Positions 1 to 11,076 of a stretch of 64,000 bases of DNA are shown here, piece by piece. The position numbers and the translations under genes are program-made. The DNA comes from Spirochaetia bacterium (GTDB lineage Bacteria > Spirochaetota > Spirochaetia > SZUA-6 > Fen-1364). The notes under the pieces were generated by a model. That model ran no database searches, was not told where the DNA came from, and saw only the letters and a program-made list of their open reading frames with translations. The stretch spans positions 37,504 through 101,503 of the forward strand of contig JBEKQU010000005.1 in assembly GCA_049519415.1 (NCBI GenBank), read 5' to 3'. Numbering within the stretch: position 1 is the stretch's first letter; the number at the start of each line of letters is the position of its first letter.

Positions 1-882
1 CACTACCCGCTCATCATGGGCCACGAGTTTTCCGGCACGGTTGAGGAGCCTGCCAAGGGAGGAACTCACCCCAGCGGCGCCCGGGTTGCGGTCTTTCCCC
101 TCATTCCCTGCAGGAGATGCATCCCCTGCCAGACCGGAGACTTCGCCCAGTGCGTGGACTACGACTACCTGGGGTCCAGACGTGATGGAGCGTTTGCTGA
201 GCGCGTGTGGGCGCCGGACGCGAACCTGGTGACTGTCCCTGACGGAGTGAGCATGCAGGACGCCGCGCTCACGGAACCCTGCGCCGTTGCCCTGCATGGA
301 GTGGGCAGGCTGTCCATCGGGCCCGGCCTCACCGGCGCCGTGTTCGGGGCGGGGCCCATCGGGTGCATGGCGGCGCAGTGGATGCGGCTTCGCGGATGCG
401 ACGCTGTTCTGGTAGTCGACATTGATGAGCGCAAGCTCTCACTTGCCGCTGGCATGGGCTTCATCCCCATTGATGCCCGGGCCGGAGATCCCGTTCAATT
501 GATCAAGGACACAACGCATGGGGCAGGCGCTGACAGGGTGGTGGAAGCCGTTGGTTTGCCCGGCACATTTCTGCAGGCCGTACAGTGCGCCGCGCGCATG
601 GGTGAAGTCGTTTTCCTCGGCAACATTCGGGGGACCCTGGAAATCCCGGAGAAGGACGTTTCCTCCCTGTTGAGGCGCGAGCTGTCCATCAAGGGCACGT
701 GGAACTCCCGCATCGTCCCTGTTGAAAGGAACGAATGGACCACGGTCGTGTCGAGCCTTGGCAAACGGATGGAGGTTGCACGGCTGGTGAGCCACACCCC
801 CCGGCTCTCCGAGGGCGCAGATATATTCCGCCGCATGCTGGCCCGCAGGGAGTTTTTCAACAAGGTGGTGTTCGTGCCATGA
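1..882 (+). CDS. Zn-dependent medium-chain dehydrogenase (sorbitol/threonine DH-like), 5' end truncated by window edge
   Basis: The reading frame is open from nt 1 (HYPLIMGHEFSG, the GHE zinc-ligand motif). There is a GxGxxG Rossmann stretch (VFGAGPIG). The stop overlaps the next start as ATGA. Confidence 0.75.
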   Translation, partial: HYPLIMGHEFSGTVEEPAKGGTHPSGARVAVFPLIPCRRCIPCQTGDFAQCVDYDYLGSRRDGAFAERVWAPDANLVTVPDGVSMQDAALTEPCAVALHGVGRLSIGPGLTGAVFGAGPIGCMAAQWMRLRGCDAVLVVDIDERKLSLAAGMGFIPIDARAGDPVQLIKDTTHGAGADRVVEAVGLPGTFLQAVQCAARMGEVVFLGNIRGTLEIPEKDVSSLLRRELSIKGTWNSRIVPVERNEWTTVVSSLGKRMEVARLVSHTPRLSEGADIFRRMLARREFFNKVVFVP

Positions 883-1790
883 CGGTGCATCTAGGCGTGA
901 AGAGCGATCCCATCGAAAGCAGGTACAGCTTCGATTGGCTGTTCGACATCATGAAGGCGCGCGGCGCGCATCATCTGCAGCTCGGAAGCTCCTTTCCCGT
1001 GTTTTTCGCGGATGACCAGTATTTCCACGGACTGCGGCGCTCGGCTGAGGCGAAAGGGATCCGCATTAAGAGCCTGTTTTCCTCCCACCGCGAGCTTGGC
1101 GGATTCTCCAGCGGCGACCCGCTTCTGGAAGATGCCACGCGAAGGGGGTGGGAAAGGCTCATCCACGTGGCAGCGCTCGTTGGCGCGGATTCCGCCGGTT
1201 CCAATGCCGGCATCGTTTTGCGCGACCAGCCCCACTTGCGGGAGCCGGGCAACCGCTGTTTTTTCCAGAAGATGAAATCCATCCTTCGCACGGCCCGAGC
1301 CGCGGGCCTGAAAGCACTTACCGTCGAGCCCATGTCTTCCGTGTACGAGATGCCTTCCACGCCTGATGAGGTGCGAATGATCGCGGCCGAGCTGGGCCCG
1401 TACCATGCCGCACACCCGGATACCACGGTCCCGCTTCTCCTATGCGGCGACATCTCCCACGGCGTGGCGGATGAAGAGGGCAGAGTGGTGCACGACAATT
1501 GGAGTCTTTTCGAAATGGAGATCCCGTGGATGTGGGAGTTTCATTTCAAGAACACGGATGCGATCTTCAACACCACATTCGGCTTTAGCCCCGAGGAGCG
1601 GGAGAGGGGCATCGTGGACCTCCCGCGATTGAAGAGGCTTATTGATGGCAATGCTGATCGATTCCCTGTCCGCGAAATCACCGGCTACCTGGAAATTGCA
1701 GGCCCGAAAACCGGCCGGGAATACGCTGACAGGCGCCTTGAGCGCATGCTCGTGGATTCACTGGAAGCGCTGAAAGCAGTTTTCCGGTAA
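879..1790 (+). CDS. sugar phosphate isomerase/epimerase (xylose-isomerase-like TIM barrel) family protein
   Basis: 303 aa with the composition and length of a TIM-barrel AP-endonuclease/xylose-isomerase-like fold. It is translationally coupled to the upstream dehydrogenase. Confidence 0.5.
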   Translation: MTVHLGVKSDPIESRYSFDWLFDIMKARGAHHLQLGSSFPVFFADDQYFHGLRRSAEAKGIRIKSLFSSHRELGGFSSGDPLLEDATRRGWERLIHVAALVGADSAGSNAGIVLRDQPHLREPGNRCFFQKMKSILRTARAAGLKALTVEPMSSVYEMPSTPDEVRMIAAELGPYHAAHPDTTVPLLLCGDISHGVADEEGRVVHDNWSLFEMEIPWMWEFHFKNTDAIFNTTFGFSPEERERGIVDLPRLKRLIDGNADRFPVREITGYLEIAGPKTGREYADRRLERMLVDSLEALKAVFR

Positions 1791-1832
1791 AAAAGGGGGG
1801 CAAAGAAAACGGCCGCCTCGCAAGAGGCGGCC
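1789..1832. terminator. bidirectional rho-independent terminator between convergent genes
   Basis: GGCCGCCTC-gcaa-GAGGCGGCC hairpin flanked by A6/G6 on the plus strand, which gives a T-tract for the minus-strand transcript. Confidence 0.6.
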
Positions 1833-1857
1833 GCAGTAATGCGGGAAGATTCCTGAC

Positions 1858-3258
1858 CTAGATGTAAGGATAGCCCGGGCCACCATTCTTAAAGAAGCGG
1901 GCAAAATAGGGATATGCATTGTTGGTCCAATCGCCGAAGGTCAGTGTTCCATCCAGCAAACCCGGGAAAGTCAGGATGTAATAGTTATGAGGAGTGTAGG
2001 TAATAACACCAGTAGGACTAGTATGCTTATCCCATTTCTGCTGATACGCTGGATCCAGCACAAGCTGGATGGTATCGTTGGCAGCAGACGTTGCATAGAC
2101 CGAGCTTGTTGTCCAGGGCACAAATTTTTCTGCGGTCATGTCCCAGATCTTGATATTGTCAGCAGTCACGGTTGTTGAATCGATTCCTGCTGCTGAAAGA
2201 CTACTGTTGAATATGATTGTGACGGATCCGTGGTAGCCGTTGTCATCAAATTGCGTGTAGCTGCTAAGGACTGTGGCCAGGGTTTCAGTGGCGGCCGGGG
2301 ACGGTCCGACGGGCTCATTTGCGTCAACCACTTCCAGATTCAATTTTTGATCGTAGGAAGCCCTGTGTTGGTATCCGTTGACGCTCTTTGTCTCCTGCAA
2401 ATTGTAGGGGTTGTTAAGGATCAGGCGGTAGATCTCACTGGCCTTCATGGCGGTGGCAAGTGTCATTGTATACGTCGGGGCGCTAAACGTGCCGGTAAAA
2501 GACACATTGTCCCACCCCTTGCTCGTGGCATTGAACTTCTGAAGACCTACGCATGCATTGATCAAAGCTGCGGTGAAATTCGCATCCATCATATTCACGG
2601 TCAGCTCGGTTGCCCCGACTGCAAATCCCCCCCCCCCTGAAAGCACTCCAGCCTGGTGATTCCTCTCGTTTCCTGCCGCAGCTACGGTTACGGGAGCGCC
2701 ACTGACATTAACATAACAGATAACGTCGTCGTCCAGCGCTTCGCCAGGCGTCGCATCGCCATCCGTATTCAGCTTGAGCGTGCCGCCCGCACCGGTAAGC
2801 GCGGACCCATCGATGTAGATCTCAAGTAAATTTGATATGCTGGTCTCGCTCAGGTCGAGGGTGTATTGCAGGTTGCTTCCAGTACCGTTCGAGAGAATGG
2901 CGGGGGTGACACCTGCCGCAATGTCGGTGTTCCTTGTATACGCACCGTCAGTATCCGCGGTGTTTTTCAGAGTGTAGATGTGTATGGCACCCATACTTGA
3001 GCTGTCGACCGGATAGCTGAAGCTGAGCGTGAGGACCTGCTTCGTGGCTGCGGCGAGTGTGGTACGCGAGGGGATAGGGCTGTTGATAGGGCTAGTAAGC
3101 TTAAACCCGCCATTTGCGCTCACGACCGCGTTTGTGTTGGTTTGCGAAGCAGTTTTGTTCGCGTCCGAGACCTGAGTACTGGTCAGGCTCGGAAATGGGC
3201 AGCCGCACAGCGCAATGGCGATGAACGCGGCCGCTAGTAGTGCAAGATATCTTCTCAT
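1858..3258 (-). CDS. putative lipoprotein, Thr/Ser/Gly-rich exported protein
   Basis: N-terminal signal with lipobox-like LCGC. There are no enzymatic motifs. The gene is tandem with the upstream outer-membrane-like gene. Confidence 0.5.
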   Translation of the reverse strand: MRRYLALLAAAFIAIALCGCPFPSLTSTQVSDANKTASQTNTNAVVSANGGFKLTSPINSPIPSRTTLAAATKQVLTLSFSYPVDSSSMGAIHIYTLKNTADTDGAYTRNTDIAAGVTPAILSNGTGSNLQYTLDLSETSISNLLEIYIDGSALTGAGGTLKLNTDGDATPGEALDDDVICYVNVSGAPVTVAAAGNERNHQAGVLSGGGGFAVGATELTVNMMDANFTAALINACVGLQKFNATSKGWDNVSFTGTFSAPTYTMTLATAMKASEIYRLILNNPYNLQETKSVNGYQHRASYDQKLNLEVVDANEPVGPSPAATETLATVLSSYTQFDDNGYHGSVTIIFNSSLSAAGIDSTTVTADNIKIWDMTAEKFVPWTTSSVYATSAANDTIQLVLDPAYQQKWDKHTSPTGVITYTPHNYYILTFPGLLDGTLTFGDWTNNAYPYFARFFKNGGPGYPYI

Positions 3259-3277
3259 CGTTATTCTCCTTTCCTTC

Positions 3278-5032
3278 CTACAATTTCACGTTGAGCTGCA
3301 CGGTGAATTCATAGATGGGGATGTATTGGACAGCGTTGGCGGCAAAGAGAAGATCGAGGGTCACTGCCGGTGTGATGAACCAGGTGCCACCCAAAGAAAC
3401 ATCCAGGGTGGCATTGTCGAATATTGAGCTGCCGTTCTGAGACGTCCAGCCGCCCCTCCAGCTAAGGCTGTCAGAATAATTCGTGTCTATAGTTCCGTCC
3501 GCATAGGTTTTAACACTCTGGTCCGTGTTGAGACCCGAGTTCGTGGTCGTAGTGAGAGAGTATGTGTATGTAGGCAGATCTACCGTGACTCCGCCGTTCA
3601 GCCTAAGGATGGAAGGAATCATGTAGTACTGCAGCCCTGCGTTGAGAGGCAGTTTGACCGTGAGTTTTGAAACACTGACCGTATTTCCTACAAGGGTTTT
3701 ATTCTCGACCTCCGTGTAATCGCCACTGAGGCCGTAGGTCACGGTATCAGGATTATAGCGATAGGCTGTCGTCTGTCGTTCGCTTTCAGTGGTGGCCAGG
3801 GTCGAATTGCTGAACTGAACCGTCGGCAGGAAGGAGAAGCCGAAGCTGAAGGCTTCGGAAACCTTGGTCCTCATAAGGAAGCCCGGTGACACCATCTGCT
3901 GTGAGTAAGAATGCGTCGTGATCTCGATGGCATCAGTGGTGGTGGTTGTAGTCGACAGGTTCAATGGATCGGCTGTGTAGTTCGTTTCCGAATAGGTCCA
4001 AACCTCTCCTGCCGCGGTTGCCGCATTTCCATCAAGGTCTGTATAGGCATTGTTGTAGAGGGGCAATGACTGGAGGACGTAGCCAATCGAAAACTCCATC
4101 TGGCTCGGGCTGCTTGAACCAAGAATGAGCGTTGCCCCGACGCCGCCGTTCAAATCCGTGTAGCCGCCTGAGTAAGTTGCGGATTTTTGGTGATAACTCT
4201 TGACGTCGTTAATGCTTTGATAGGCGGGAAGGTTATTTCCAATCTGTGTAGTGTATGTGGTGACGCCTGCAGAGGCCGTGCCATTGACGAATCGAGCAGA
4301 GAAGCCAAGGGATGGCTTGAGCACGAGGCTTCCCAAGGAGAGATCCATTCCTACGTTTATCCAAGGCGAGATGACATTTTGGAGATCACCACTGCCATTC
4401 ACCACGGGGACCCATGTCCCATTATCATACGTTGTGGATGTTTCAGCGATCACGTTTCCGCTCGCGTCAGTGGTTTGCGACACGGAATTATTTCCGGTAG
4501 TACCAGGATCGATGACACTGGTTACATCGTCCCAACCCGATCCGCTTGTGAAGGTAAAAGAAGGAACGTATGTATCAGATTGCGTATTTGTGGTTTCCCA
4601 AATACCTGGGTTGATGCCGATTGTCCCGAATCCAACAAGCAGGCTGAACCAATTCCAATGTCCCGAGCTATCGCTAGGTTCCGATCCGGTATTTTGCGTG
4701 GTTCCGACGATCGCTTGTGTAGCGTCCAGGATATACTGGGTATCGGTTGACTGAGAATTCCAGGCCCAATTCCCGAAGATATTGCCCTTATAGCCCGCTG
4801 CAAGGTACAGACCGCCAAAGTGGTCGCCGAAGCCCAAATTGAGATAACTGTTGTCTAGCATCCCATAGGCTATTCCTCCTTGAATTTCACTGAAGTCAAT
4901 GACACTCAGCGATTTGTCCACGTCCGATTTGAAGATGCCGGCCGTGGAAATGAAGGTGTTCGACTGTGCGAACAGTCCGATTGGCGCGATCACCATGATC
5001 GCAAGGAAGACAACGCATAGAAACCTTCGCAT
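3278..5032 (-). CDS. putative outer membrane (beta-rich) exported protein
   Basis: Signal peptide ending LFAQ and Gly/aromatic-rich alternating composition typical of beta-barrel/surface proteins. 584 aa. Confidence 0.5.
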   Translation of the reverse strand: MRRFLCVVFLAIMVIAPIGLFAQSNTFISTAGIFKSDVDKSLSVIDFSEIQGGIAYGMLDNSYLNLGFGDHFGGLYLAAGYKGNIFGNWAWNSQSTDTQYILDATQAIVGTTQNTGSEPSDSSGHWNWFSLLVGFGTIGINPGIWETTNTQSDTYVPSFTFTSGSGWDDVTSVIDPGTTGNNSVSQTTDASGNVIAETSTTYDNGTWVPVVNGSGDLQNVISPWINVGMDLSLGSLVLKPSLGFSARFVNGTASAGVTTYTTQIGNNLPAYQSINDVKSYHQKSATYSGGYTDLNGGVGATLILGSSSPSQMEFSIGYVLQSLPLYNNAYTDLDGNAATAAGEVWTYSETNYTADPLNLSTTTTTTDAIEITTHSYSQQMVSPGFLMRTKVSEAFSFGFSFLPTVQFSNSTLATTESERQTTAYRYNPDTVTYGLSGDYTEVENKTLVGNTVSVSKLTVKLPLNAGLQYYMIPSILRLNGGVTVDLPTYTYSLTTTTNSGLNTDQSVKTYADGTIDTNYSDSLSWRGGWTSQNGSSIFDNATLDVSLGGTWFITPAVTLDLLFAANAVQYIPIYEFTVQLNVKL

Positions 5033-5201
5033 GGAGACCTCCTCACTGGAACTGATAGAAATAAGTCCTCTTGATAGGACATCAGATTATACTCCCACTG
5101 TCTTAGAAACGCAACAAATTTTTTTCGGGGTACGCAGGCGTCGGGTTGCCCCTCGACATTCCACGGTTTATACTTCCCCCCACAGCGCAAGGAGGAAAGC
5201 C

Positions 5202-6707
5202 GTGATCGACCTTTCGAAGCTCGAAGCCTGGTTCGTCACCGGAAGCCAGCACCTGTATGGCAAGGAAACGCTGGATAAAGTAGAAGAGCATGCGCGAGAG
5301 ATGATCAAGGGATTGTCTGATTCAGCCGCCATGCCGGTCGCCGTGGTTTTCAAGCCGGTAGTGACAACTCCGGACGCGATCCTCCAGGTGTGCCGGGAGG
5401 CGAATGCCGCGAAGAATTGCATTGGCATAGTCGCATGGATGCACACTTTCTCCCCCGCTAAGATGTGGATCGCGGGACTTGCGGCACTGAAAAAGCCGCT
5501 CGCGCACTTACATACCCAATACAACCGGGACATCCCCTGGTCCGGGATCGACATGGACTTCATGAACCTCAACCAGTCCGCGCACGGTGACCGCGAGTTC
5601 GGCTTTATCGGCGCCCGGATGCGCAGGGAGCGCGCGGTCATAGTCGGGCATTGGAAGGAAAAGGACGTGCAGGAGGAGCTTGCCGTCTGGATGCGCGCTG
5701 CCTGCGCCTGGCACGACTGGCAGGGGCTGCGCGTTGCCCGGTTCGGGGACAACATGCGCGAGGTCGCGGTCACCGAAGGGGACAAGGTGGAGGCACAGAT
5801 CCGGTTCGGCTACTCGGTGAATGGGTTCGGCGTGGGCGACCTTGCGGCCCGGGTCAGGGAGGTGAGCGACTCCGAGGTCGATAAACTGGTGATTGAATAC
5901 GATCAACGTTATGCCGTGGCAAAGGACCTGCGCGCCGGCGGAGCAAGCCGTCAGGCGCTGAAGGAAGCGGCCCGCATCGAGCTAGGCCTGCGCCATTTCC
6001 TGGAAGCAGGCGGCTTCAATGCATTCACCACGACCTTCGAGGACCTGCACGGCCTCGCGCAGCTACCGGGGCTCGCCGTGCAGAGGCTCATGGCCGACGG
6101 GTACGGGTTCGGGGCTGAAGGAGACTGGAAAACAGCGGCGCTTGTCCGCGCCATGAAGGTCATGGCGTCAGGCCTTCCGGGCGGCACCTCTTTCATGGAG
6201 GACTACACGTACCACCTGGATGCCGCGGGAATGAAGGTGCTCGGCGCCCACATGCTGGAGGTGTGCCCCACCATCGCTGAGGGAAAGCCCTTGCTGGAGA
6301 CGCACCCCCTGGGGATCGGCGGAAAAGACGATCCTGCCCGGCTGGTGTTCACCGCGGCCAAGGGCCCTGCCCTGAACGCGTCGATCATCGACATGGGCAC
6401 AAGGTTCCGGCTGGTGGTGAACGAGGTCGACGTCGTGGAGCCGGATGCGCCGCTGCCGAAGCTTCCCGTGGCCCGTGCGCTCTGGATTCCTCGACCCAAC
6501 CTGAAGGTTGCCGCTGCCGCCTGGATCCTTGCCGGCGCAGCGCATCATTCGGGATTCAGCCAGGCGGTCACGGCGCGTCACATGGAGGACTTCGCGGAGA
6601 TGGCCGATATTGAGTGCCTGCTTATTGACGCCAAAACCGACGTCTCGCAGTTCAAGAAGGAGCTGCGGTGGAACTCCGCCTACTGGCACCTTGCAGGCGG
6701 GGTGTAG
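5202..6707 (+). CDS. araA: L-arabinose isomerase
   Basis: Strong full-length similarity to AraA. Matching stretches include [60 protein letters not shown] and [38 protein letters not shown] start preceded by AGGAGG. Confidence 0.92.
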   Translation: MIDLSKLEAWFVTGSQHLYGKETLDKVEEHAREMIKGLSDSAAMPVAVVFKPVVTTPDAILQVCREANAAKNCIGIVAWMHTFSPAKMWIAGLAALKKPLAHLHTQYNRDIPWSGIDMDFMNLNQSAHGDREFGFIGARMRRERAVIVGHWKEKDVQEELAVWMRAACAWHDWQGLRVARFGDNMREVAVTEGDKVEAQIRFGYSVNGFGVGDLAARVREVSDSEVDKLVIEYDQRYAVAKDLRAGGASRQALKEAARIELGLRHFLEAGGFNAFTTTFEDLHGLAQLPGLAVQRLMADGYGFGAEGDWKTAALVRAMKVMASGLPGGTSFMEDYTYHLDAAGMKVLGAHMLEVCPTIAEGKPLLETHPLGIGGKDDPARLVFTAAKGPALNASIIDMGTRFRLVVNEVDVVEPDAPLPKLPVARALWIPRPNLKVAAAAWILAGAAHHSGFSQAVTARHMEDFAEMADIECLLIDAKTDVSQFKKELRWNSAYWHLAGGV

Positions 6708-8092
6708 AGGCGCGCGGGCCCGGACGCGGCGCCGAACACCGCGCGCACAGCGTCCTTGATGAGAAGCACACCGGTGAAAGACGCTCCTTCCGGCTTTTCT
6801 CCTTCGGAATTGGCCGGGCCGATCAACGTCTCAAACCCCATCTCCCGGCAGGCGCGGAATCGCTTTTCCAGCGATGGCACTGGCCTCACCTCGCCCGTGA
6901 GGCTCACCTCCCCGATCACCGCGGTGCGGACAGGGAGGGGCGCGTTGACGCGCGCCGAATACAGCGCCAGCGCAAGCGGCAGCTCGACCCCCACCTCGGC
7001 AATGCGGATCCCTCCTGCCACGTTCACGTAGATGTCGTGCTCAGCCAGGTGAAGGCCCAGGTGCTTTTCCAGGACCGCTGCCATGCGCGCCACCCTGCCG
7101 GAGTCGATCCTGTCCGAATAGATCCTGCTGATTCCGCTTTTTGCTGGCACGGTAAGCGCCTGTATCTCAATGAGCAGAGCCCGGGATCCTTCGAACACGG
7201 GCGCCACAGCCACCCCGGCCGGGATCTCCCCCTCCCGCCGGGTCAGGAAAAGGCTGGACGCGTCATCCACCTCAGCCAGTCCATTTTCTGTCATGCGGAA
7301 AAACCCGATCTCGTCGACTGACCCGAACCTGTTTTTCACGGCCTGGAGCGTCCGCACCTCGGCGCTCGCCTGCTCAAAGGCGAGCACGGTGTCCACGAGG
7401 TGCTCCACAAGCTTCGGCCCCGCGATGGCGCCCTCCTTGGTCACGTGCGCCACAAGGAAAATTCCCGCGCCGCGCGATCTGGCCCATTCCACCATTTCCT
7501 GCGTGCACACCTTGATCTGGTTCACCGTCCCGGGCAGCGCATTGACCTCCCGGGTGTAAAGGGTCTGGAGGGAATCAACAATGATCAGGACGGGCTTGAC
7601 CTGCTCCAGCACCTGCATGATCGCGGTCAGCTCCGTTTCCGCGAGCACCTCGATGCGCTGTGAGGAGACGGCCAGCCTGTCCGCGCGCATGCGAAGCTGC
7701 CCCGGGGACTCCTCGCCTGATACGTAGAGGCTCCTTCCCGGCGTTGCGATGCGCGCTGCCACCTGGAGCATCAGCGTGGACTTGCCGATGCCCGGCTCTC
7801 CGCCCACGAGCACAGAGGACCCGCGCATGAGACCGCCGCCGAGCACCCGGTTCATCTCCGCGATCCCCGTATCCATCCTCATTCCGTCACGCGTTTCGAT
7901 GGAGGAGAGGGGGATCGGCAGGGCTGTTTTCTTCCCCTTTGAGGAGGCGCTCCGGGACGCCGGCGCTTCAGCCGGAACCTCGGCGAAGCTGTTCCACGTG
8001 CCGCATTCCGGACACCGCCCGAGCCATCGCGGCTCCTGGTGCCCGCAGCCCGAACACTCGAAGAGGCTCTTCGATTTCGACACTGGGCTCAT
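6680..8092 (-). CDS. radA: DNA repair protein RadA/Sms
   Basis: N-terminal C4 zinc finger ([23 protein letters not shown]), Walker [15 protein letters not shown] motif and C-terminal Lon-like domain. 470 aa. Confidence 0.92.
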   Translation of the reverse strand: MSPVSKSKSLFECSGCGHQEPRWLGRCPECGTWNSFAEVPAEAPASRSASSKGKKTALPIPLSSIETRDGMRMDTGIAEMNRVLGGGLMRGSSVLVGGEPGIGKSTLMLQVAARIATPGRSLYVSGEESPGQLRMRADRLAVSSQRIEVLAETELTAIMQVLEQVKPVLIIVDSLQTLYTREVNALPGTVNQIKVCTQEMVEWARSRGAGIFLVAHVTKEGAIAGPKLVEHLVDTVLAFEQASAEVRTLQAVKNRFGSVDEIGFFRMTENGLAEVDDASSLFLTRREGEIPAGVAVAPVFEGSRALLIEIQALTVPAKSGISRIYSDRIDSGRVARMAAVLEKHLGLHLAEHDIYVNVAGGIRIAEVGVELPLALALYSARVNAPLPVRTAVIGEVSLTGEVRPVPSLEKRFRACREMGFETLIGPANSEGEKPEGASFTGVLLIKDAVRAVFGAASGPARLYTPPARCQ

Positions 8093-8146
8093 CCTCCCCC
8101 TGCGAGGATAGGGGGCGCCTCCCGCGCTGTCAACGGCGCGATGGGA

Positions 8147-8629
8147 TTACGGTTCTATGGCGCGGAGGAACGCGATGAATCGCGTCAGGTCTTGCTTGAC
8201 AACGGGATGGGCCGTGGTGAGCTTCTTGACGAGGAGGTCGAGCCTGTCCCAGTCGTACCCTGTTTCGAAGTAGTAACGCCGAAAGTGACGGAACTTCAGG
8301 AGCTCCCATAGGTTTCCATGATTCCCCTCGGAAACCGCTGGTATCCGCACCCCCTCGATGTGTATGGTCATTTTTTCAAGCAGCTCTGCGTGCCATCTTT
8401 GCCCAGAAAGGCTGTTTTCGAAGAACTGCGAGATGCGAAGAAACACGGTCTCCAGGCAGGTGTAGTAATTTTCCAGCAGGCCGGCGATGATGAGGGCTGC
8501 GTTCTCGGTTCTTCCCAGAACCTGAACATCATGTTTGAGCGCGGTGGCGAGGGACGCCTGGAGCTTATCCAAAGTTCGCTCGTTTTTCTCGATACCGGCT
8601 ATCAGCTCAGCGATCTTCGCTTCGTTCAT
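8147..8629 (-). CDS. HEPN-domain / nucleotidyltransferase substrate-binding family protein, putative toxin of an MNT-HEPN TA pair
   Basis: 160-aa helical protein immediately downstream of the minimal nucleotidyltransferase, overlapping it by 23 nt. It has an R/H-rich motif region (KFRHFRRYY). The call rests mainly on gene pairing. Confidence 0.5.
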   Translation of the reverse strand: MNEAKIAELIAGIEKNERTLDKLQASLATALKHDVQVLGRTENAALIIAGLLENYYTCLETVFLRISQFFENSLSGQRWHAELLEKMTIHIEGVRIPAVSEGNHGNLWELLKFRHFRRYYFETGYDWDRLDLLVKKLTTAHPVVKQDLTRFIAFLRAIEP

Positions 8630-8999
8630 GAACGAGCCTCCCTCGGCGCCTGATCCCGTCTGCCGTGTCAGGATCGACCCTTTCCAGCTCGATGATATCG
8701 ATGGGGAACGAGGTCATGCCCATGGCCTCACCGATTATAGCAAACCAATCCTCGACACGCGCGAGACCCTCGATGGCGATATCGATGTCCGAGATCTCCG
8801 AGAAGTGATCCGTGTCCACGAGCGATCCCCATTGCCAGATGCGGCGAGGATTGTATGTCGCCGCGATGTGAGTGATGATCATGTGCGCGTCCCTCTGGGC
8901 GGCTATGAGGCGGGTCGCCACTTTCACGTTTCTTTTCTCCGTCTTTTTCCTGAGGAAATCCCTGACTTTCACAAGATCGATCGTTTGTTCAGCACCCAC
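8607..8999 (-). CDS. minimal nucleotidyltransferase (MNT/MntA-like) antitoxin
   Basis: GS-x(n)-D-x-D nucleotidyltransferase signature (WGSLVDTDHFSEISDIDIAIEG). 130 aa, overlapping the HEPN partner. Confidence 0.65.
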   Translation of the reverse strand: MGAEQTIDLVKVRDFLRKKTEKRNVKVATRLIAAQRDAHMIITHIAATYNPRRIWQWGSLVDTDHFSEISDIDIAIEGLARVEDWFAIIGEAMGMTSFPIDIIELERVDPDTADGIRRRGRLVHERSEDR

Positions 9000-9062
9000 G
9001 TCTCAAGTGTATGAGATTGTGTACTCAAGGACAAGACTTGCCCCGTCCAACCGGTCTGTACT

Positions 9063-11048
9063 ATGATCCCCACGCAGGCAAACCCCGGTATGACGGTCAT
9101 CCAACCCAGCTCCCGCAGCATCAGCGTTCATTCGGATTCCGGAGTTGTTTTCCACGTTCCCTACCTGTTTTTCTGGAACGGCCATGAGCGGCAGGCGGAG
9201 AGCATCGTGCTGTCGGCGCCTGCCCGAAGTGCACGTGCAGCCCGGGGCGCCTATGAGGTGCGGGGCACCTATGAGGTGCGCGCCTTTTTCCTGTTCGGCG
9301 AGGTCAGGGACAGGATTTCTGCCGATGCTTGGGGGATCACGTTGGAGCGAACCTGGTCGGTGAAAACCCCCGGCGCCGTGCACCTGTCCATCGACATGGA
9401 GTTCGACGCTCCAAAGGACGTGCGGCTTCTTTTCCCCGGCGTGCATGCGGCCCGGGGATTGCCGGCAACCCCCCTCTCTTTTCTCGGAGAAAAAACCAGC
9501 TACCCTTTAAGCCTCATCCTCTCCCTGGGGAAAAGAGGCGCGCTGCTGTTCTCACGGTCCGCCCTCTGCGAGGGAGAGGCGGCGGGGATCGGCATCAGCC
9601 GGACGGAAGGCGATGACGAGCCTTCCCGATTGCGCGTGCAGATGCGGTTTCCCGGCATCGAGGAGCCCGCGGGGCGCACAGGACCCCGGCCGCAGGACAT
9701 ACAGGCGCCAGAGGATGCGGCGATCGAATCGCCGGGGAGCCTGGAGCGGACGCACAAGGTGTTCCTTGCTTTTTCCTCAAGCGATGAGATTCTCGTGAAG
9801 GGAGCCGCAGCCGTGCTGGCAAGGCTCATGCCGCGGCCTGGTCGCAAGGCTCCCCCCAAAAGGTCGATCGATCAGGGATTCCTTGCGGAAGCCTTGCATG
9901 CCTCTCTTTCCACTCACCTGTATGAGCGCGGGGGCGTGGTCGGGCTGCGGGAGGCGCCCGGCAGTCCGTGGCTTTCCTCCACGGCCGGGCTGGGGTGCGC
10001 CATCGCGGCGCGCAGGCTCTTTCCCTCTGACGGCCGCCTGCACGAGCTGGCGCTTCGACTGGCTGATTTCACCCTCAAGGGCCAGATCCCCTCGGGATTC
10101 TTCCACGAGAGCTACCACGTCGACTCGGGGCAGTGGCGGGGCGTCCATGGCCAGGCCGCGCGCACGCATCTCTCCGTTCCGCAATCATCGCGCATAGCGG
10201 AGCTTCTCCTCATGTTTTCAGATGACCTTGCCCGGGACGGCCATCCGCACGAGAAGTACTTCCTGGCCGGGCTTCGGTTCGTCGAGTTTTTCCTTGATGA
10301 AAAGGGCAGGCTCAGCATGCCGGGAACCCTCCACCTCCCGGCGGACCGGGTCCCGGTTCCCGAATCCGGCTCGGCGCTCGGAGGGTTGGAGCTTTTTTTC
10401 CCCGCGGCGGCGATCCTCGAGCGAACGGGACGCGACAGGTACAGGAAGGCGCTCGACCTGCTGGTGAAGCGTTTTTCCCAACTTCCGTGGGACGCATTCC
10501 AGCCGCCGTGCTCCCGTGAAGGCCGCGGTTCCGATGCTGCCGGCGCGCTTCTAGCGGCGCGGCTTTTCGTGCGCATGCGCGCAAGAGGATACAAGCCCGT
10601 TGAGCCGCCGGTCAGCACCGCCGCGGCAGCCGCGGCGCGCGCGGCCGAGAGCGTGCGGTTGTTTGCGTCGCTCCTGGTTCCCTGGATCCGCGTGCACACG
10701 GAGACGGGGGATCAGCGGCGGGCCCCGGCGCTGCCCGGCAGCCTTGTGGACTCCTTCGCGCGCCAGCGGCTCATTTTTGCTGGATACCAGACCAGCCTTC
10801 TTCTCCTGGAGCTGGCCGCGCTCACGCCAGATGCTTCTCTTAAAACTCTGTTGAAATCCCTGGTCGGTCTCTGCCTGGATGCGGCGCGCGCCGCGCCGCT
10901 GGGAACGGCCTTTCTCCAGCACACAGTGTGGGACGGCGAGGGCAGGATCGCGGAAGCTCGGGGCAGGCGCGGGCCCGTGGACGCGCGGCGCCTTGCCGGC
11001 GAACTCCTTGCGGGCATTGCCATCGCCGAAAAGTTCCCGAAGGTTTGA
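9063..11048 (+). CDS. large uncharacterized cytoplasmic protein (661 aa)
   Basis: Long ORF with protein-like composition. No Walker, nuclease or signal-peptide motifs were recognised. It contains an in-frame 15-bp tandem duplication (YEVRGTYEVR) at 9250-9279. Confidence 0.5.
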   Translation: MIPTQANPGMTVIQPSSRSISVHSDSGVVFHVPYLFFWNGHERQAESIVLSAPARSARAARGAYEVRGTYEVRAFFLFGEVRDRISADAWGITLERTWSVKTPGAVHLSIDMEFDAPKDVRLLFPGVHAARGLPATPLSFLGEKTSYPLSLILSLGKRGALLFSRSALCEGEAAGIGISRTEGDDEPSRLRVQMRFPGIEEPAGRTGPRPQDIQAPEDAAIESPGSLERTHKVFLAFSSSDEILVKGAAAVLARLMPRPGRKAPPKRSIDQGFLAEALHASLSTHLYERGGVVGLREAPGSPWLSSTAGLGCAIAARRLFPSDGRLHELALRLADFTLKGQIPSGFFHESYHVDSGQWRGVHGQAARTHLSVPQSSRIAELLLMFSDDLARDGHPHEKYFLAGLRFVEFFLDEKGRLSMPGTLHLPADRVPVPESGSALGGLELFFPAAAILERTGRDRYRKALDLLVKRFSQLPWDAFQPPCSREGRGSDAAGALLAARLFVRMRARGYKPVEPPVSTAAAAAARAAESVRLFASLLVPWIRVHTETGDQRRAPALPGSLVDSFARQRLIFAGYQTSLLLLELAALTPDASLKTLLKSLVGLCLDAARAAPLGTAFLQHTVWDGEGRIAEARGRRGPVDARRLAGELLAGIAIAEKFPKV

Positions 11049-11076
11049 TTCGCGCGCGGGAGCGGGGCGCGCCGCG

